A stretch of 64,000 bases of DNA from Bryobacterales bacterium (GCA_963794595.1 CAWCER010000009.1:328835-392834); one strand, 5' to 3'. Shown: positions 28,612-38,941, counted from the stretch's first letter. Notes: generated by a model not told the origin, from the sequence alone. Numbers and translations: made by a program.

Positions 28612-29498
28612 TAGTTCGATTGTAGCAACTGGCCGATTCTCGTCTCGATGATGCGCGATTCGTCGAAGCCGCGGATGCGGCGGAAGAAGGCCGGCGATTG
28701 CTCAAAGGCGGCTCGCGGGATAAAGCCAATCAGCTCGCTTTCGGCGACGGCCGTGCCTAGGCGCGCGGCTTCGGCTTCGACCGCCGCATACAAATCGTCG
28801 AGGGCAATGGCCGCGAAGTTAGTCAGATTCATGGAGACCTGAGCGCGGCCGGTTGAGGGGAGATGCAGCCCCATGGCCTTGACGAACGGGAAGCCTCCCG
28901 ACGATTCGCGAATCTTGGCGGCGATCTGCTTGGCGATGGCGATGTCGGGCGTCGTCAAATTGATGTTATAGGCGATTAAGAAATTACGCGCACCTACCAT
29001 CACGGCCCCGGCGGTGGGGTGTTCAGCGATATCGCCGATATCAGGCGGCCGGCCGTCGAATCCCGGGCGACGGACATGCTCCAGCCGCTTCCGCTCAGGC
29101 AGCTTAGCGGCAGCCTCATAAAAATAAACCGGCACTCGGAACCGATGCCAAATTTCCTGGCCGGCGCGATGGGCGATGGCCACACAGTCTTCGAGCGTCG
29201 AGCCATCAAGCGGCACGAATGGGACTACGTCGGCCGCGCCCACTCGCGGGTGCACACCGGTATGGAGTCGCAGGTCGATCAGTTCGGCAGCCTTGCCTGT
29301 GGCGCGCGCGGCGGCTTCGAGCACCGCCTCCGGTTCGCCAGCGAAAGTGATCACACTGCGATGGTGGTCGGCGTCGGATTCGAAGCCCAGCACCGCAATG
29401 CCGTTCAGGTGTCCGATGACGCGGGCAAGGGCCGCGATGGTGTGCGGGTTCCGGCCCTCGGAAAAGTTAGGCACACATTCGATCATTACTGGGATCAT
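28611..29498 (-). CDS. ftcD: glutamate formimidoyltransferase (stand-alone FT domain)
   Basis: N-terminal MIECVPNFSEGRN motif, with ..HHRSVITFAG.. and ..HPRVGAADVVPFVP.. blocks; 295 aa. Confidence 0.85.
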   Translation of the reverse strand: MIPVMIECVPNFSEGRNPHTIAALARVIGHLNGIAVLGFESDADHHRSVITFAGEPEAVLEAAARATGKAAELIDLRLHTGVHPRVGAADVVPFVPLDGSTLEDCVAIAHRAGQEIWHRFRVPVYFYEAAAKLPERKRLEHVRRPGFDGRPPDIGDIAEHPTAGAVMVGARNFLIAYNINLTTPDIAIAKQIAAKIRESSGGFPFVKAMGLHLPSTGRAQVSMNLTNFAAIALDDLYAAVEAEAARLGTAVAESELIGFIPRAAFEQSPAFFRRIRGFDESRIIETRIGQLLQSN

Positions 29499-29503
29499 AA
29501 GGA

Positions 29504-30382
29504 GTGCACGCTCCTAAAGACAACCAGAAAAGAACGCTCGACCGGGTCCTGTCCAAATTTGGAGTAGGATCGCGGACCGAAGCGCGTAGCTGGATCGGTG
29601 CGGGGCGCGTCACCGTCAACGGCAAAAAAGTGCAAACGCCGGATGTCTGGATCGATCCGGAGCGGGATCAGGTCGCGCTCGACGGCCATCCGCTGACCGC
29701 TCGCCAGAAGCGATATTTGCTGCTCTACAAACCCAAGAGCTACCTGACTACTTATAAGGACCCCGAAGGGCGGCCGACGGTTTACGATCTGGTCGGCGGC
29801 GTGAAGGACTTCGTATTTCCGGTCGGCCGGCTGGATCAGGACACCACCGGGCTGCTGATCTTGACCAACGATTCGGCGTTCGGCGATCACATCACTAGCC
29901 CAGAATCGAAGGTCCCGAAGACCTACCTGGTGAAGGCGTCATCGTTGCTTGATGAGCCACAACTGGAGCAACTGCGCCAAGGACTCGCGCTAGCCGACGG
30001 CCCTACGCGCCCGGCAATCGTCAAGCGGGTTCGCGACGGAGCTAAATATACGTTCTTCGAAATCACCATTACCGAGGGGCGCAACCGCCAAGTGCGGCGT
30101 ATGGTGGAAGCACTGGGCGCCAAGGTGCTCAAGCTGGTGCGGACCGCGATCGGCGGCATCGAAATTGGCGGACTGGAAATCGGCAAGTATCGGGATCTGA
30201 CGGAGGAGGAGATTGTTGGGCTCCGTGGTTCACGCACAATCAAGATGCGCCCGATCAAGAGGCCTTCGCCCGCTGGGCGTCCGATTGAGCCGTTGGATCG
30301 GAGGGCTGCTCCGGCGCCGCGCCGAAGCGGAAAGTCAGCGCGCTGGGCAGGTGGAACTCGCCGCCGCGGCCATAACGACTGA
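29504..30382 (+). CDS. pseudouridine synthase, RsuA/RluB family (S4 domain + catalytic domain, basic tail)
   Basis: LDRVLSKFGVGSRTEARSWIGAGRVTVNG (S4), YLLLYKPKSYLTT, and the catalytic VGRLDQDTTGLLILTND. Confidence 0.85.
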   Translation: MHAPKDNQKRTLDRVLSKFGVGSRTEARSWIGAGRVTVNGKKVQTPDVWIDPERDQVALDGHPLTARQKRYLLLYKPKSYLTTYKDPEGRPTVYDLVGGVKDFVFPVGRLDQDTTGLLILTNDSAFGDHITSPESKVPKTYLVKASSLLDEPQLEQLRQGLALADGPTRPAIVKRVRDGAKYTFFEITITEGRNRQVRRMVEALGAKVLKLVRTAIGGIEIGGLEIGKYRDLTEEEIVGLRGSRTIKMRPIKRPSPAGRPIEPLDRRAAPAPRRSGKSARWAGGTRRRGHND

Positions 30383-30626
30383 GCACTCCGGCCGCGATGT
30401 GCAGAACTACCGCGGTCACGATCCAAATTTGCCAGTGGGAAAACAGTCCGCGGATCGCAAATTCATTGGCCACGCCTATGTCCGAGGCCAGGCGCCAGAA
30501 ACCCAGCACGTAAGCCATCAGTGACGCGGGAATCAACAGTGCGCCGGAGGCGAGTGCCAACTGACGGTTCTTGCCGCGCGTTTTGCGCAGCGAGTGACCT
30601 TGCCGCAAATGTATGCGAACGATCAT
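30255..30626 (-). CDS. hypothetical membrane protein (weak call; 3' end overlaps the pseudouridine synthase tail)
   Basis: 123-aa ORF with two hydrophobic helices (ALASGALLIPASLMAYVLGFW, HWQIWIVTAVVLHIAAGVL). No family recognised. Convergent 128-nt overlap with 29504..30382. Confidence 0.3.
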   Translation of the reverse strand: MIVRIHLRQGHSLRKTRGKNRQLALASGALLIPASLMAYVLGFWRLASDIGVANEFAIRGLFSHWQIWIVTAVVLHIAAGVLSRYGRGGEFHLPSALTFRFGAAPEQPSDPTAQSDAQRAKAS

Positions 30627-30809
30627 GTGCTAAATCGTCCAAAATTTCAGTCTAACAGGTGACCGGAGACGGGGTTCACTCCCGCCCCCCAAGACGTCCA
30701 ACAGAGTGATACATTAGTGACCAAAGATAGCGGCTTGCTGGCGGCGTCGAGGGGATCCTGGGTGGCCCTGCCGTTTGCACGGGCGCACAGCCGACGAGGG
30801 AGACGCAAC

Positions 30810-33800
30810 ATGCGTTTTTGTAAGGCGATTGCCACGTTCAGCGTGGCGGTGATGGGACTTGCATTCGACCTGGGAGCCCAGAACCTGACATCCCCGAGAC
30901 TGACGGGCGAAGCCTGGAAGCTCGAAGTGAAAGGCGATGCGGCGGAGGCCCGCAGCCAGTTGCAGAAGGCCGCCGAGAGTGCGCCTGACGATCCGCTGGC
31001 GCTCGAAGCGTATGCGGAATTTCTGGCGTATCACCGGGACCCGGGAGCGCGCGTCCAGTACGAAAAACTGTTGCAGCTTTTCAGCCACAATGGCGCGAGC
31101 CAAGGAGAGCGGGCCAAGATCGCGCGCCGCCTGGTCGAGTTGGACCTGCTGGCTGGCGACCGCGCCAGCGCCGAATCCCATCTCGAAGCATTCCGGTCTT
31201 CGGGTGGAAGCGGCTTGATCCTGCCTGCTGCGGTCACCCCGCCGCAGTCCAGTTTTATTGAGATTCCGGGCCCCTTGCGTTCGTTTGCGCGCATGTCGGC
31301 CATTTCTCCGGATATCTCGCCGGACGACGTAATGCCGGCGCTGGCGCACAACGTTACGCTCAACGGCTACGCCGCTGGACACAGTGGTGAATCGCTGGAG
31401 CCCACCGAATTTCTGAAGCTGGTGATTCGCTATCTGGCGCAGGCGCGCGAACTGGAGAAACTGGCGGGCGCGGGCAAGATTCTGCAGGTCCCGACCTGCG
31501 ATTCGCCGGTAACCGGCGATCTGCTGCGCATTCTGGGGTACCGCATGCGCGGCGGCTGCGGCTCGGACCTGGCGCTCGAAACGGTGAATCCATCCCGGGC
31601 CTTTCTAACCATCGACTCGGGCTTCCCGCTATCGGAACTGGAAGCCGCGCTGCGCACCAATCGGGCGTTCATTCTGGATTATCACCCGGCACGCGTGCCC
31701 ATTTTTTATACCGCCGATTACTGGCAGCCGGCGGCCACGGGCCAGAAGCCGGTTGAATTCATCGATTACTTCCTGAACGAACCTGCGGTCTGCCGCCTAT
31801 ATTCGGCAACCGCGGCGCTGGATCCCGAAACGGCCGCACAGATGCGCAAGGACCTTCCCGTCGCCAAAGCGAAAGTGTACGCGCACGTGCTGGACTTTTT
31901 CGGCTCCATGTTCGAGTTGCGGGACGGCAAGGCCATGGTGCCCGGAGGCGCCCGGTCGGAGAAAGCTTGGGCCGACCTGGTGGGCGTAGCGCCCGATAAA
32001 GGAGCCGCGTTCTTTGAGCGATTGGTGGAGAAGGACGATGGTTGGCTAGCGTCCTACTATGACTCGCTGGCGCGCATCAACGGTCCGGTGCAGGCGTATC
32101 TGACGGACCCAGAGCGGATCAAGCGATTTTATCTGGCGCTGCGTGGAAGGGTGACCAGTCCCGGGCCGGCTCGTCCGGTGTTCCGGGCGAATGCGGATTT
32201 GGTGCTGCTGACCACGCGTCTAGGCCTGGATGCCAACGGCAAACCACATCTGCCGGGCGGGTTGGATGTATGGAAGAGCATGTTCGCCGGGAAAATGGAG
32301 GCCAAATACGATCAGCGTTTGGCTAAGGCGGCGGTGGGCTGGAAGGACTCCGAAGAAGTAGTGGAAGCGATGTTCGGGTTGTCGCGGAAGATGGTGGAAA
32401 ATGAACCGCTGAAGATATTCATGGCTCTGACCGACATCGAACGTAACCGCGCCAAGCCGCTCGAAACCAATACGGTCGAAATGCTGGTCCGCAACTACAA
32501 GGAATTTGGCTCGCAGTATCCGCTGTTCGCGGAAACGCCGGCAACTTCGGACGCGACCATCGTGGCCTATCTGGATGCGGTCCGCGGAATCACGCAGATT
32601 CGCGACGTGGCCCTGCGCACCGACGCCGCCGGCACCATGCAGGCGCTGACTGGATTCTGGCAGATATTCGTTCGCCAGCGGAGCATCCAGCCCGGCGATG
32701 CAGATGCCTCATTAGCGTCGGTGGTGCAAGCGTTCGCAAAGATTCAGAATCAGCGGGATATCTTCGACGCTGGACATAAGGGCGTCGGCAAACTTCTAGA
32801 AGCGGCTCACGCGCCTGCTTCGGGATCCGCGCAGGATCACATGATGGACCTGTTGGCCGGCACTAAGGCGACCAGCGAGGGCGCGCTCTCCGACGCTCAC
32901 ACGCAGATGATCGAGGAGATGACACGCGTATTCGAGGCGCAAAGGCTGGTCTCGCTCGACACCATCTTTACGCTGGCAGACCGTCTGGAAGCGGCGGCCG
33001 CGGGACAGAAGCTGGATAGCGCAACGGTGGTCCGGCTGGCTGGGCGCATTACGGAGATTCAATTGCCGCGCACGGCCTTGTCCACGCGGGATCGGACCGA
33101 GGCGTCGATGGGTTACTGGACCGACCGCCATATCGATGGTGAGCGCAAACTGAATCTGCGCTCAGCGATCGACAAGGCCGGTGCCGATCCGCAAAAGCTG
33201 CGGGATATTCGTGGGTCGCTGGCGCCCGTCTTGCGCGACACTCTGGTGGGATTCAATTACGTCCACTATGCCCCTCCCGGGGCGCAGGTGCTGTTTACGA
33301 ATCCGGCTTTCGTGCGCAGCCACGATTTCTTCGGGAGTTCGTCGCATCCGGCCACCTGGCTGGGCACTGAGGTTATGGGCAGCGGCTGGCCGGCCAATGC
33401 CGGGGGACGTTTGACGGGTTCGCTGACTTCGCTGCCTTACGCGCTCGCGGAGGCCGAACAGAACTTCCTGATTCCCACTCGCGAACAAGCGCTGATCTGG
33501 GGCGATCTGGTGCCGCAGATGATCCTGAGCGCCGTGATCCCGCGCTGGTGGAACGTGACTCCCACCCAACTGCATTGGGTGGGACTAAACATGGCTTACG
33601 CCGAATCCTCGCTGGCGCAGTCGGCCTTGAACGAGGCCGAGCGGCGGCGGGTTGTGGGCGTGCTGGATCATTATGTACCGCCAGCGCGCTTAAAGAAGGT
33701 CGAGCGGCTCCTCGCCGAGGGCGAAGTGCGCCGGGCGGAGGACAGCATTGTGCCGTCGGAGTTGTTTCGGGTCGCACGTGAACTGGCGCCGGGCGATCAC

Positions 33801-34217
33801 GATTCAGCCGTGGCCGACGAATTGCGCAGGATAGCGGCCGAGGCGCCCGAAGAAGTCAGCGCCCAGGCTATATCGCACACATTTGGAACGCCCAAGCCGC
33901 TGCTTTCGACATCCTATGAGCCGGCTCTGCTGAACCTGCGGACCTTCCCCACTCTGTTGGGATACTCCAGCCGGATTCTTGCAGAAAGCTGGGAATCAAA
34001 TCTGTTGTTCTATGCAGCACTGGCGGATGAAGTCCACATGCGGCCGGATGAATTGAACCTCCGCGTGCCGGAGTGGACCCAGCAGACTGTGGAACATATC
34101 TTCGCGACACACCTGGACGACTGGCCGGCGCTGCTGCGCTCGCTCCGTCTAGTGGGAGACGACGTGCTGCAGAAGGCGCGCAAGCAACTGGTCGCGCAGA
34201 ACCAAAAGACCGATTAG
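30810..34217 (+). CDS. large secreted, predominantly helical protein of unknown function (~1135 aa)
   Basis: Uninterrupted 3.4-kb ORF. ATG 30810 is preceded by GGGAG and gives the signal peptide MRFCKAIATFSVAVMGLAFDLGAQ. TPR-like N-terminal helices. I recognise no catalytic motif. Confidence 0.7.
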   Translation: MRFCKAIATFSVAVMGLAFDLGAQNLTSPRLTGEAWKLEVKGDAAEARSQLQKAAESAPDDPLALEAYAEFLAYHRDPGARVQYEKLLQLFSHNGASQGERAKIARRLVELDLLAGDRASAESHLEAFRSSGGSGLILPAAVTPPQSSFIEIPGPLRSFARMSAISPDISPDDVMPALAHNVTLNGYAAGHSGESLEPTEFLKLVIRYLAQARELEKLAGAGKILQVPTCDSPVTGDLLRILGYRMRGGCGSDLALETVNPSRAFLTIDSGFPLSELEAALRTNRAFILDYHPARVPIFYTADYWQPAATGQKPVEFIDYFLNEPAVCRLYSATAALDPETAAQMRKDLPVAKAKVYAHVLDFFGSMFELRDGKAMVPGGARSEKAWADLVGVAPDKGAAFFERLVEKDDGWLASYYDSLARINGPVQAYLTDPERIKRFYLALRGRVTSPGPARPVFRANADLVLLTTRLGLDANGKPHLPGGLDVWKSMFAGKMEAKYDQRLAKAAVGWKDSEEVVEAMFGLSRKMVENEPLKIFMALTDIERNRAKPLETNTVEMLVRNYKEFGSQYPLFAETPATSDATIVAYLDAVRGITQIRDVALRTDAAGTMQALTGFWQIFVRQRSIQPGDADASLASVVQAFAKIQNQRDIFDAGHKGVGKLLEAAHAPASGSAQDHMMDLLAGTKATSEGALSDAHTQMIEEMTRVFEAQRLVSLDTIFTLADRLEAAAAGQKLDSATVVRLAGRITEIQLPRTALSTRDRTEASMGYWTDRHIDGERKLNLRSAIDKAGADPQKLRDIRGSLAPVLRDTLVGFNYVHYAPPGAQVLFTNPAFVRSHDFFGSSSHPATWLGTEVMGSGWPANAGGRLTGSLTSLPYALAEAEQNFLIPTREQALIWGDLVPQMILSAVIPRWWNVTPTQLHWVGLNMAYAESSLAQSALNEAERRRVVGVLDHYVPPARLKKVERLLAEGEVRRAEDSIVPSELFRVARELAPGDHDSAVADELRRIAAEAPEEVSAQAISHTFGTPKPLLSTSYEPALLNLRTFPTLLGYSSRILAESWESNLLFYAALADEVHMRPDELNLRVPEWTQQTVEHIFATHLDDWPALLRSLRLVGDDVLQKARKQLVAQNQKTD

Positions 34218-34229
34218 TAGACAGGAAAT

Positions 34230-35228
34230 TTGAGCGAACTGGCAAGCCGGGAGGATAGAAAATTGTTTCGTCGAATGGGTCTGATCTTTTTGTTGGTGGT
34301 GCTGGCGATGGCGCAGGACCGTCCAACATTTCGGGTCAAAGTTGACCTGGTGGTACTGTCGTTCACCATCACCGATAACAAGGGCCACTACATCAACGGC
34401 CTGCAACCCAAGGATTTTCGCGTCCTTGAGGACGGCATCCCGCAAAAGCTCTCGAGCTTTGCCGAGGGCAATAAGCCGCCGCTCGAAGTCGACGCCGACG
34501 GCACGACGCGGCCGATGCCGATTTCCGAGCAAGGCAAACTCGCGGGCCGCCTGGATGCCGTGTTAGGCACCAACGTATTCGTACTCTTCGATACCAGCAA
34601 CTATATGTACCGGGGGTTTGTCTACGCCTCCGACGCCATTGCGGATTTTGTGCGCGGGCTGGACCGTGCGGACTCGGTTGCGGTATACACCTACAGCCGC
34701 AATCTGACGCGCGCGGCCATGCTTACCAAGGAGAGAAATGAAGCGGTGACGGGCTTGCGCAACGCGGTGGCGGGCGACGATTCGGCGCTTTACAATTGCC
34801 TCCTGCTGACGCTGCGCGACGCGGCCCGAGTGCCCGGGCGCAAGGTGGTAATCGTATTTTCGAACGGACCCGATAACGCCAGCATGGTGGCGCCCGACGA
34901 CGTTCGCGCGGTGGCGGAGGACGAAGGCATTCCGATCTACGTCATCTCCACCAACGAAGTGACCAAGGACCCGATCTCTTCGAATGTGTTCAAACGCATC
35001 TCTACCGGAACCGGCGGGAAATCCTATTTCGCCAAGACCTGGCAGAAGCAGGTGGAGGCGTTCGAGGCCATCCGCGAAGATCTGGGCAACTCCTATAGTG
35101 TCACCTATTATCCGCAACCCAATCCCAACGATGGTTTCCGCAAAGTCACAGTAGAAGTGCTGTCGGACATAGGCAAGAAATATCGCGTGCAGGCTCGGCC
35201 GGGCTACCGGCCGCATGGCGGATTCTGA
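34230..35228 (+). CDS. VWA-domain protein of the acidobacterial VWFA-related type
   Basis: After the signal/TM comes RPTFRVKVDLVVLSFTITDNKGHYINGLQPKDFRVLEDGIPQKL. That is the characteristic N-terminal block of the family I recall as TIGR03436. It is followed by a VWA fold (VFVLFDTSNYM...VVIVFSNGPDNAS...IPIYVIST). Start is 34230 (TTG) or 34275 (ATG). Confidence 0.75.
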   Translation: MSELASREDRKLFRRMGLIFLLVVLAMAQDRPTFRVKVDLVVLSFTITDNKGHYINGLQPKDFRVLEDGIPQKLSSFAEGNKPPLEVDADGTTRPMPISEQGKLAGRLDAVLGTNVFVLFDTSNYMYRGFVYASDAIADFVRGLDRADSVAVYTYSRNLTRAAMLTKERNEAVTGLRNAVAGDDSALYNCLLLTLRDAARVPGRKVVIVFSNGPDNASMVAPDDVRAVAEDEGIPIYVISTNEVTKDPISSNVFKRISTGTGGKSYFAKTWQKQVEAFEAIREDLGNSYSVTYYPQPNPNDGFRKVTVEVLSDIGKKYRVQARPGYRPHGGF

Positions 35229-35248
35229 CGACCGCTAACACACAGTTC

Positions 35249-35875
35249 TTAATACAACGTAATCGGCACCCGCTCCTTAGCTTCGTCATCGAACGCCTTC
35301 GCGTCCACAAATCCGCAGGTGTGTTGCGCCATCACGGTCCCCATGCTCGGGACTGTGCCCGGCAAAGCGTGTTTCGCGGGATTCCAGACGTCGGACCGCA
35401 CCAGCGCGCGGCTGCACTGGATATAAGCTTCCTTCACAGTCACGACAATCACGGTGCGCGGTGCCTTACCCTGCATGACAAACTGCTCCGTAAGAGCCGG
35501 ATCGCGGCTGATCACAGCCTCGCCATTGATGCGGAAGGTCTCGGTTACGCCGGGCACCAGGAACAAGAGCCCGACCTTCGGATTTCGCACCAGATTGTGC
35601 AGTGTATCCAGGCGGTTGTTGCCGCGGCGGTCGGGTATCAGCAGAGTGTGGTCGTCGGCGACTTTGACGAAACCGGGGACGTCTCCGCGCGGCGAGTTGT
35701 CAGCGGCGGCCGGCCCCTGACTGCCGACGATCACCATCGGCGAGGCGGCAATGAACGCGCGGCAGAGGTCGTCCAAATGATCGAGCTGCTTGCGGACTGA
35801 CCGCTCGAGCGCAGGTCCGTACATCTCGGCAAGCTCGGCTTCATCGCGAACAATCAGCGTGGGGTCAAGCTCCAT
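35249..35875 (-). CDS. pyridoxamine 5'-phosphate oxidase-related FMN-binding protein
   Basis: 208 aa; ..SPRGDVPGFVKVADDHTLLIPDRRGNNRLDTLHNLVRNPKVGLLFLVPG..ETFRINGEA.. typical of PPOX-class split-barrel flavoproteins. Confidence 0.75.
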   Translation of the reverse strand: MELDPTLIVRDEAELAEMYGPALERSVRKQLDHLDDLCRAFIAASPMVIVGSQGPAAADNSPRGDVPGFVKVADDHTLLIPDRRGNNRLDTLHNLVRNPKVGLLFLVPGVTETFRINGEAVISRDPALTEQFVMQGKAPRTVIVVTVKEAYIQCSRALVRSDVWNPAKHALPGTVPSMGTVMAQHTCGFVDAKAFDDEAKERVPITLY

Positions 35876-35878
35876 GAT

Positions 35879-36634
35879 TTATGGCTCTCCTTCCAATTTT
35901 CGAAGGCGGACTTCAATTCCCGGCGTATTCTTCAGTGCGTTGGCGAATTCCTGCGTGTTCTGGCCGCGATAGTGATATGGATACACGATCTTGGGCCGGA
36001 ACGCTGCCACGCACGCGGCCGCTTCCGCGGGCGGCATGGTGCGCGGCGGATTCATCGCCACGAACGCCACCGAGATATTTTTCAACGCCTTCACCTCCGG
36101 GACGCATTCGGTGTCGCCTGAAAAATAAACCCGGGTGTCGCCAAAGGTCAAAATGTAGCCGTTACCGATGCCCTTGTGATGAAACGGCTTGCCCGGCCCT
36201 GATCCCAGTTTCAGGTTGTACATCGGCACGGCTTCAATCTCGATGCCGAGGAACGTTTTCTTCTCACCGTTGCTGATGGCGTCGGTATCGCCGACAGTTC
36301 CGTTCAGCGTATCGGTCACCGCCGGCGGCCCCACCAGGATCGTGGATTCCTTGCGCAGCGTCTTGAGCAGAGCCGCGTCCATATGATCGGCATGGGTGTG
36401 CGTGATGAGAATAAGGTCGGCTTTTGGGATGCCGGTGTAATCGGCCTGGCTCCAGGGATCGATGTGAATGATCTTGCCGTCGAACTCCAGCATCACGCTG
36501 CCGTGAAACAGAGGCGTGATCTTGAGTGCGCCTTTCGACGTTTCGACGATATCGGCCTGGTGGTTGGGCGTGGCTGCGCCAAAGGCGTATGGAACACCGC
36601 TCAAGACGAGGATGCACAGGTGGTTCGCACGCAT
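35879..36634 (-). CDS. secreted MBL-fold metallo-hydrolase
   Basis: Signal peptide plus the LILITHTHADHMD (HxHxDH) motif; 251 aa. Confidence 0.8.
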   Translation of the reverse strand: MRANHLCILVLSGVPYAFGAATPNHQADIVETSKGALKITPLFHGSVMLEFDGKIIHIDPWSQADYTGIPKADLILITHTHADHMDAALLKTLRKESTILVGPPAVTDTLNGTVGDTDAISNGEKKTFLGIEIEAVPMYNLKLGSGPGKPFHHKGIGNGYILTFGDTRVYFSGDTECVPEVKALKNISVAFVAMNPPRTMPPAEAAACVAAFRPKIVYPYHYRGQNTQEFANALKNTPGIEVRLRKLEGEP

Positions 36635-36652
36635 GTCCGAATTCTATCGCAC

Positions 36653-37399
36653 ATGGCACTTCCCCTCCCGCCGCTCCGAGCAGAAAGATTTGGAGCACAT
36701 GGCATACTGAGGAGTATCGACGCCGAAACACAAAAACGCTGGATTGTTGCAATTGACGGGCCTGCGGGCGCGGGCAAGAGCACCATCGCGCGCGCCATAG
36801 CGCAGCGGCTGGGATTCACATACATTGACTCAGGCGCAATGTACCGGGCGGTGGCGCTGTGGGCCTTGCGCGTCGGCGTGGACCTGGACGATCTGCATCG
36901 TCTGGAGCAGCTCGCAAAAGAAGCCCGCGTCGAGTTCGCGGCGGGCGAAACCACGGTCCTGTTGAACGGCGAGGACGTGACGGCCGCTATCCGTGAACCG
37001 CAGGTCAGCGAGGCGGCTTCGAAAGTCTCGTTGGCTCCGGGAGTGCGGCGGGCCATGCGCGAAGAGCAGCGGCGTATCGGAGCGGCACAGTCAGTAGTAA
37101 TGGAGGGCCGCGACATCGGCACGGTTGTTTTCCCTGACGCCCAAGTGAAGATCTATCTGGATGCGGCTCCAGAAGTGCGCGCCGAGCGCCGGGCTGCGGA
37201 GACCGGCGGAGCCGTCGAGGAAATCGCGCAGGAAATCGCGGAACGCGATCATCGCGACCGCACGCGTACCGAAGCGCCGCTGACGCAAGCGCCCGACGCC
37301 GAGTATCTGGACACCACGCCTCTTTCGCCCTCTGAAGTGGAAGAAGCGATCTTGAAGCTGGTGCGCGCGCGCACTTCGAATGGAAAGGGACATCGTTGA
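36653..37399 (+). CDS. cmk: cytidylate kinase
   Basis: IVAIDGPAGAGKSTIARAIAQRLGFTYIDSGAMYRAVA. ATG 36653 is the only canonical in-frame start, but it lies just 18 bp from the divergent MBL start, so the start is uncertain. Confidence 0.9.
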   Translation: MALPLPPLRAERFGAHGILRSIDAETQKRWIVAIDGPAGAGKSTIARAIAQRLGFTYIDSGAMYRAVALWALRVGVDLDDLHRLEQLAKEARVEFAAGETTVLLNGEDVTAAIREPQVSEAASKVSLAPGVRRAMREEQRRIGAAQSVVMEGRDIGTVVFPDAQVKIYLDAAPEVRAERRAAETGGAVEEIAQEIAERDHRDRTRTEAPLTQAPDAEYLDTTPLSPSEVEEAILKLVRARTSNGKGHR

Positions 37400-38859
37400 A
37401 CAAAAGTAGTGGTCTGCTTGTGATGAAGTTCGGGGGGACCAGCATGGGCTCGGCCGAACGGATCGAGGCGGCGGCGCGCCTCACCACCGAGCAGCACGCA
37501 AAGCGCCCGGTGGCGATCGTGGTGTCGGCGATGGCGCAGGTGACCGACCTGCTGCTCGACTCCCTGCGCAAGGCGGAGGCGGGCGATGAAGCTGGCCTCG
37601 ACGCGAACCTGGCGGCGTTGACAGAGCGCCACGTGACTTGCTGCCGCGCTTTGCTCCCAGCGGGCTTTCAGGAAACCGCGATTCACGGAGTAAACGGATT
37701 GATCGGCGAATTCGCGCGCATCGCCAAGGGCATCCTGATGCTGGGCGAGCGTCCTCTGGCGTCGGTCGATCGCGCCGTGGCTATCGGCGAACGGCTCTCG
37801 GCGCTGTTGCTGGCGGCCTATTTGGAATCCCAGAATACTAGTGCGGCGGCGGTAAACGCGGCGCAGGTTATCGCAACTGACGATGTGTTCGGTAACGCTT
37901 CTCCGCTCATGCAGGAGACACGCGTGCAGGCCGCGAACGTCGTGAAACCGCTGCTCGACCAGCGTGTCATACCGGTGGTGACGGGGTTCAATGCCGCTAC
38001 CGCCGATGGACGTCCCACTACTCTTGGACGCGGCGGCTCCGATTTCTCGGCGGCAATCCTGGCGGCCGCGATGGATGCGGAGGAGTTGTGGATCTGGACC
38101 GATGTCGATGGCATCATGACTGGCGATCCGCGCCTGATTCCCGACGCGCGCGTACTCGACGAGATCACCTATAGTGAAGCCGCCGAGCTGGCTTACGCAG
38201 GCGCGAAGGTGTTGCATCCACGCACGCTGGCTCCACTGATCGAGCGCCAGATTCCGGTCTGGAGCAAGAACAGTTTCGCGCCGGAAAAGCCCGGGACCCG
38301 CATCGTGGCGCAACTCGGCAACGGGACGGATGTAGCAGGCGGCCCGCATGCCGTGACCTCGATGACGGCGGTAGTGCTGGTAGCGATCGAACCGGCGGGC
38401 GCGGCATTCAGCGGAGCCACCTTGAGCGGAACGAGGCTGATGGCGGAGGCTCTCGAAGCTCTGGATTCAGCCGGCGTAGAACTGCTGGCTATCACCAGTT
38501 CCAGCTATCGCCAGAACTTTTGCTTCCTGGTGCGCGAAGCGGAATTGAAGATCGCGCTGGAGCATCTGGAGCAGGCATTTGCTCTGGAGTTGACACACGG
38601 CTACATCAAACCCATTCAGGTGGATGCGAACGTCGGACTGATCGCGGTAGTGGGCGAGGGGATGCGCGGCACTCCCGGACTGGCGGGACGGATTTTCACG
38701 GCAATTTCGCGAGACAACATTAACATCATCGCCATCGCACAGGGTTCGAGCGAATTGACGATTGCCATTGTGGTGCGCCGGGAAGGGCTGGAACGGGCGG
38801 TCCGCGCGGTCCATCGGGAATGTGGACTGGGCGCCACGCAGGGCCAGGCGGTGCTCTAG
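37396..38859 (+). CDS. lysC: aspartate kinase with C-terminal ACT domains
   Basis: LVMKFGGTSMGSAERI, GRGGSDFSAAILAAAMDAEELWIWTDVDGIMTGDPR, and an ACT region (GLIAVVGEGMRGTPGLAGRIF). TTG 37396 overlaps the cmk stop; the alternative start is ATG 37423. Confidence 0.9.
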   Translation: MNKSSGLLVMKFGGTSMGSAERIEAAARLTTEQHAKRPVAIVVSAMAQVTDLLLDSLRKAEAGDEAGLDANLAALTERHVTCCRALLPAGFQETAIHGVNGLIGEFARIAKGILMLGERPLASVDRAVAIGERLSALLLAAYLESQNTSAAAVNAAQVIATDDVFGNASPLMQETRVQAANVVKPLLDQRVIPVVTGFNAATADGRPTTLGRGGSDFSAAILAAAMDAEELWIWTDVDGIMTGDPRLIPDARVLDEITYSEAAELAYAGAKVLHPRTLAPLIERQIPVWSKNSFAPEKPGTRIVAQLGNGTDVAGGPHAVTSMTAVVLVAIEPAGAAFSGATLSGTRLMAEALEALDSAGVELLAITSSSYRQNFCFLVREAELKIALEHLEQAFALELTHGYIKPIQVDANVGLIAVVGEGMRGTPGLAGRIFTAISRDNINIIAIAQGSSELTIAIVVRREGLERAVRAVHRECGLGATQGQAVL

Positions 38860-38941
38860 ATGCTGGCAGGAAGCCGGCCCTCAAAGGTCTGGAGTACAAT
38901 GAAACTAGGCGTTTTTGCCCCACGTAGGAGTCTTCACCACA

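Noticed and set aside
37249-38349. 366-aa minus-strand ORF antisense to cmk/lysC
   Set aside because: Shadow ORF; the plus strand carries canonical cytidylate kinase and aspartate kinase motifs.
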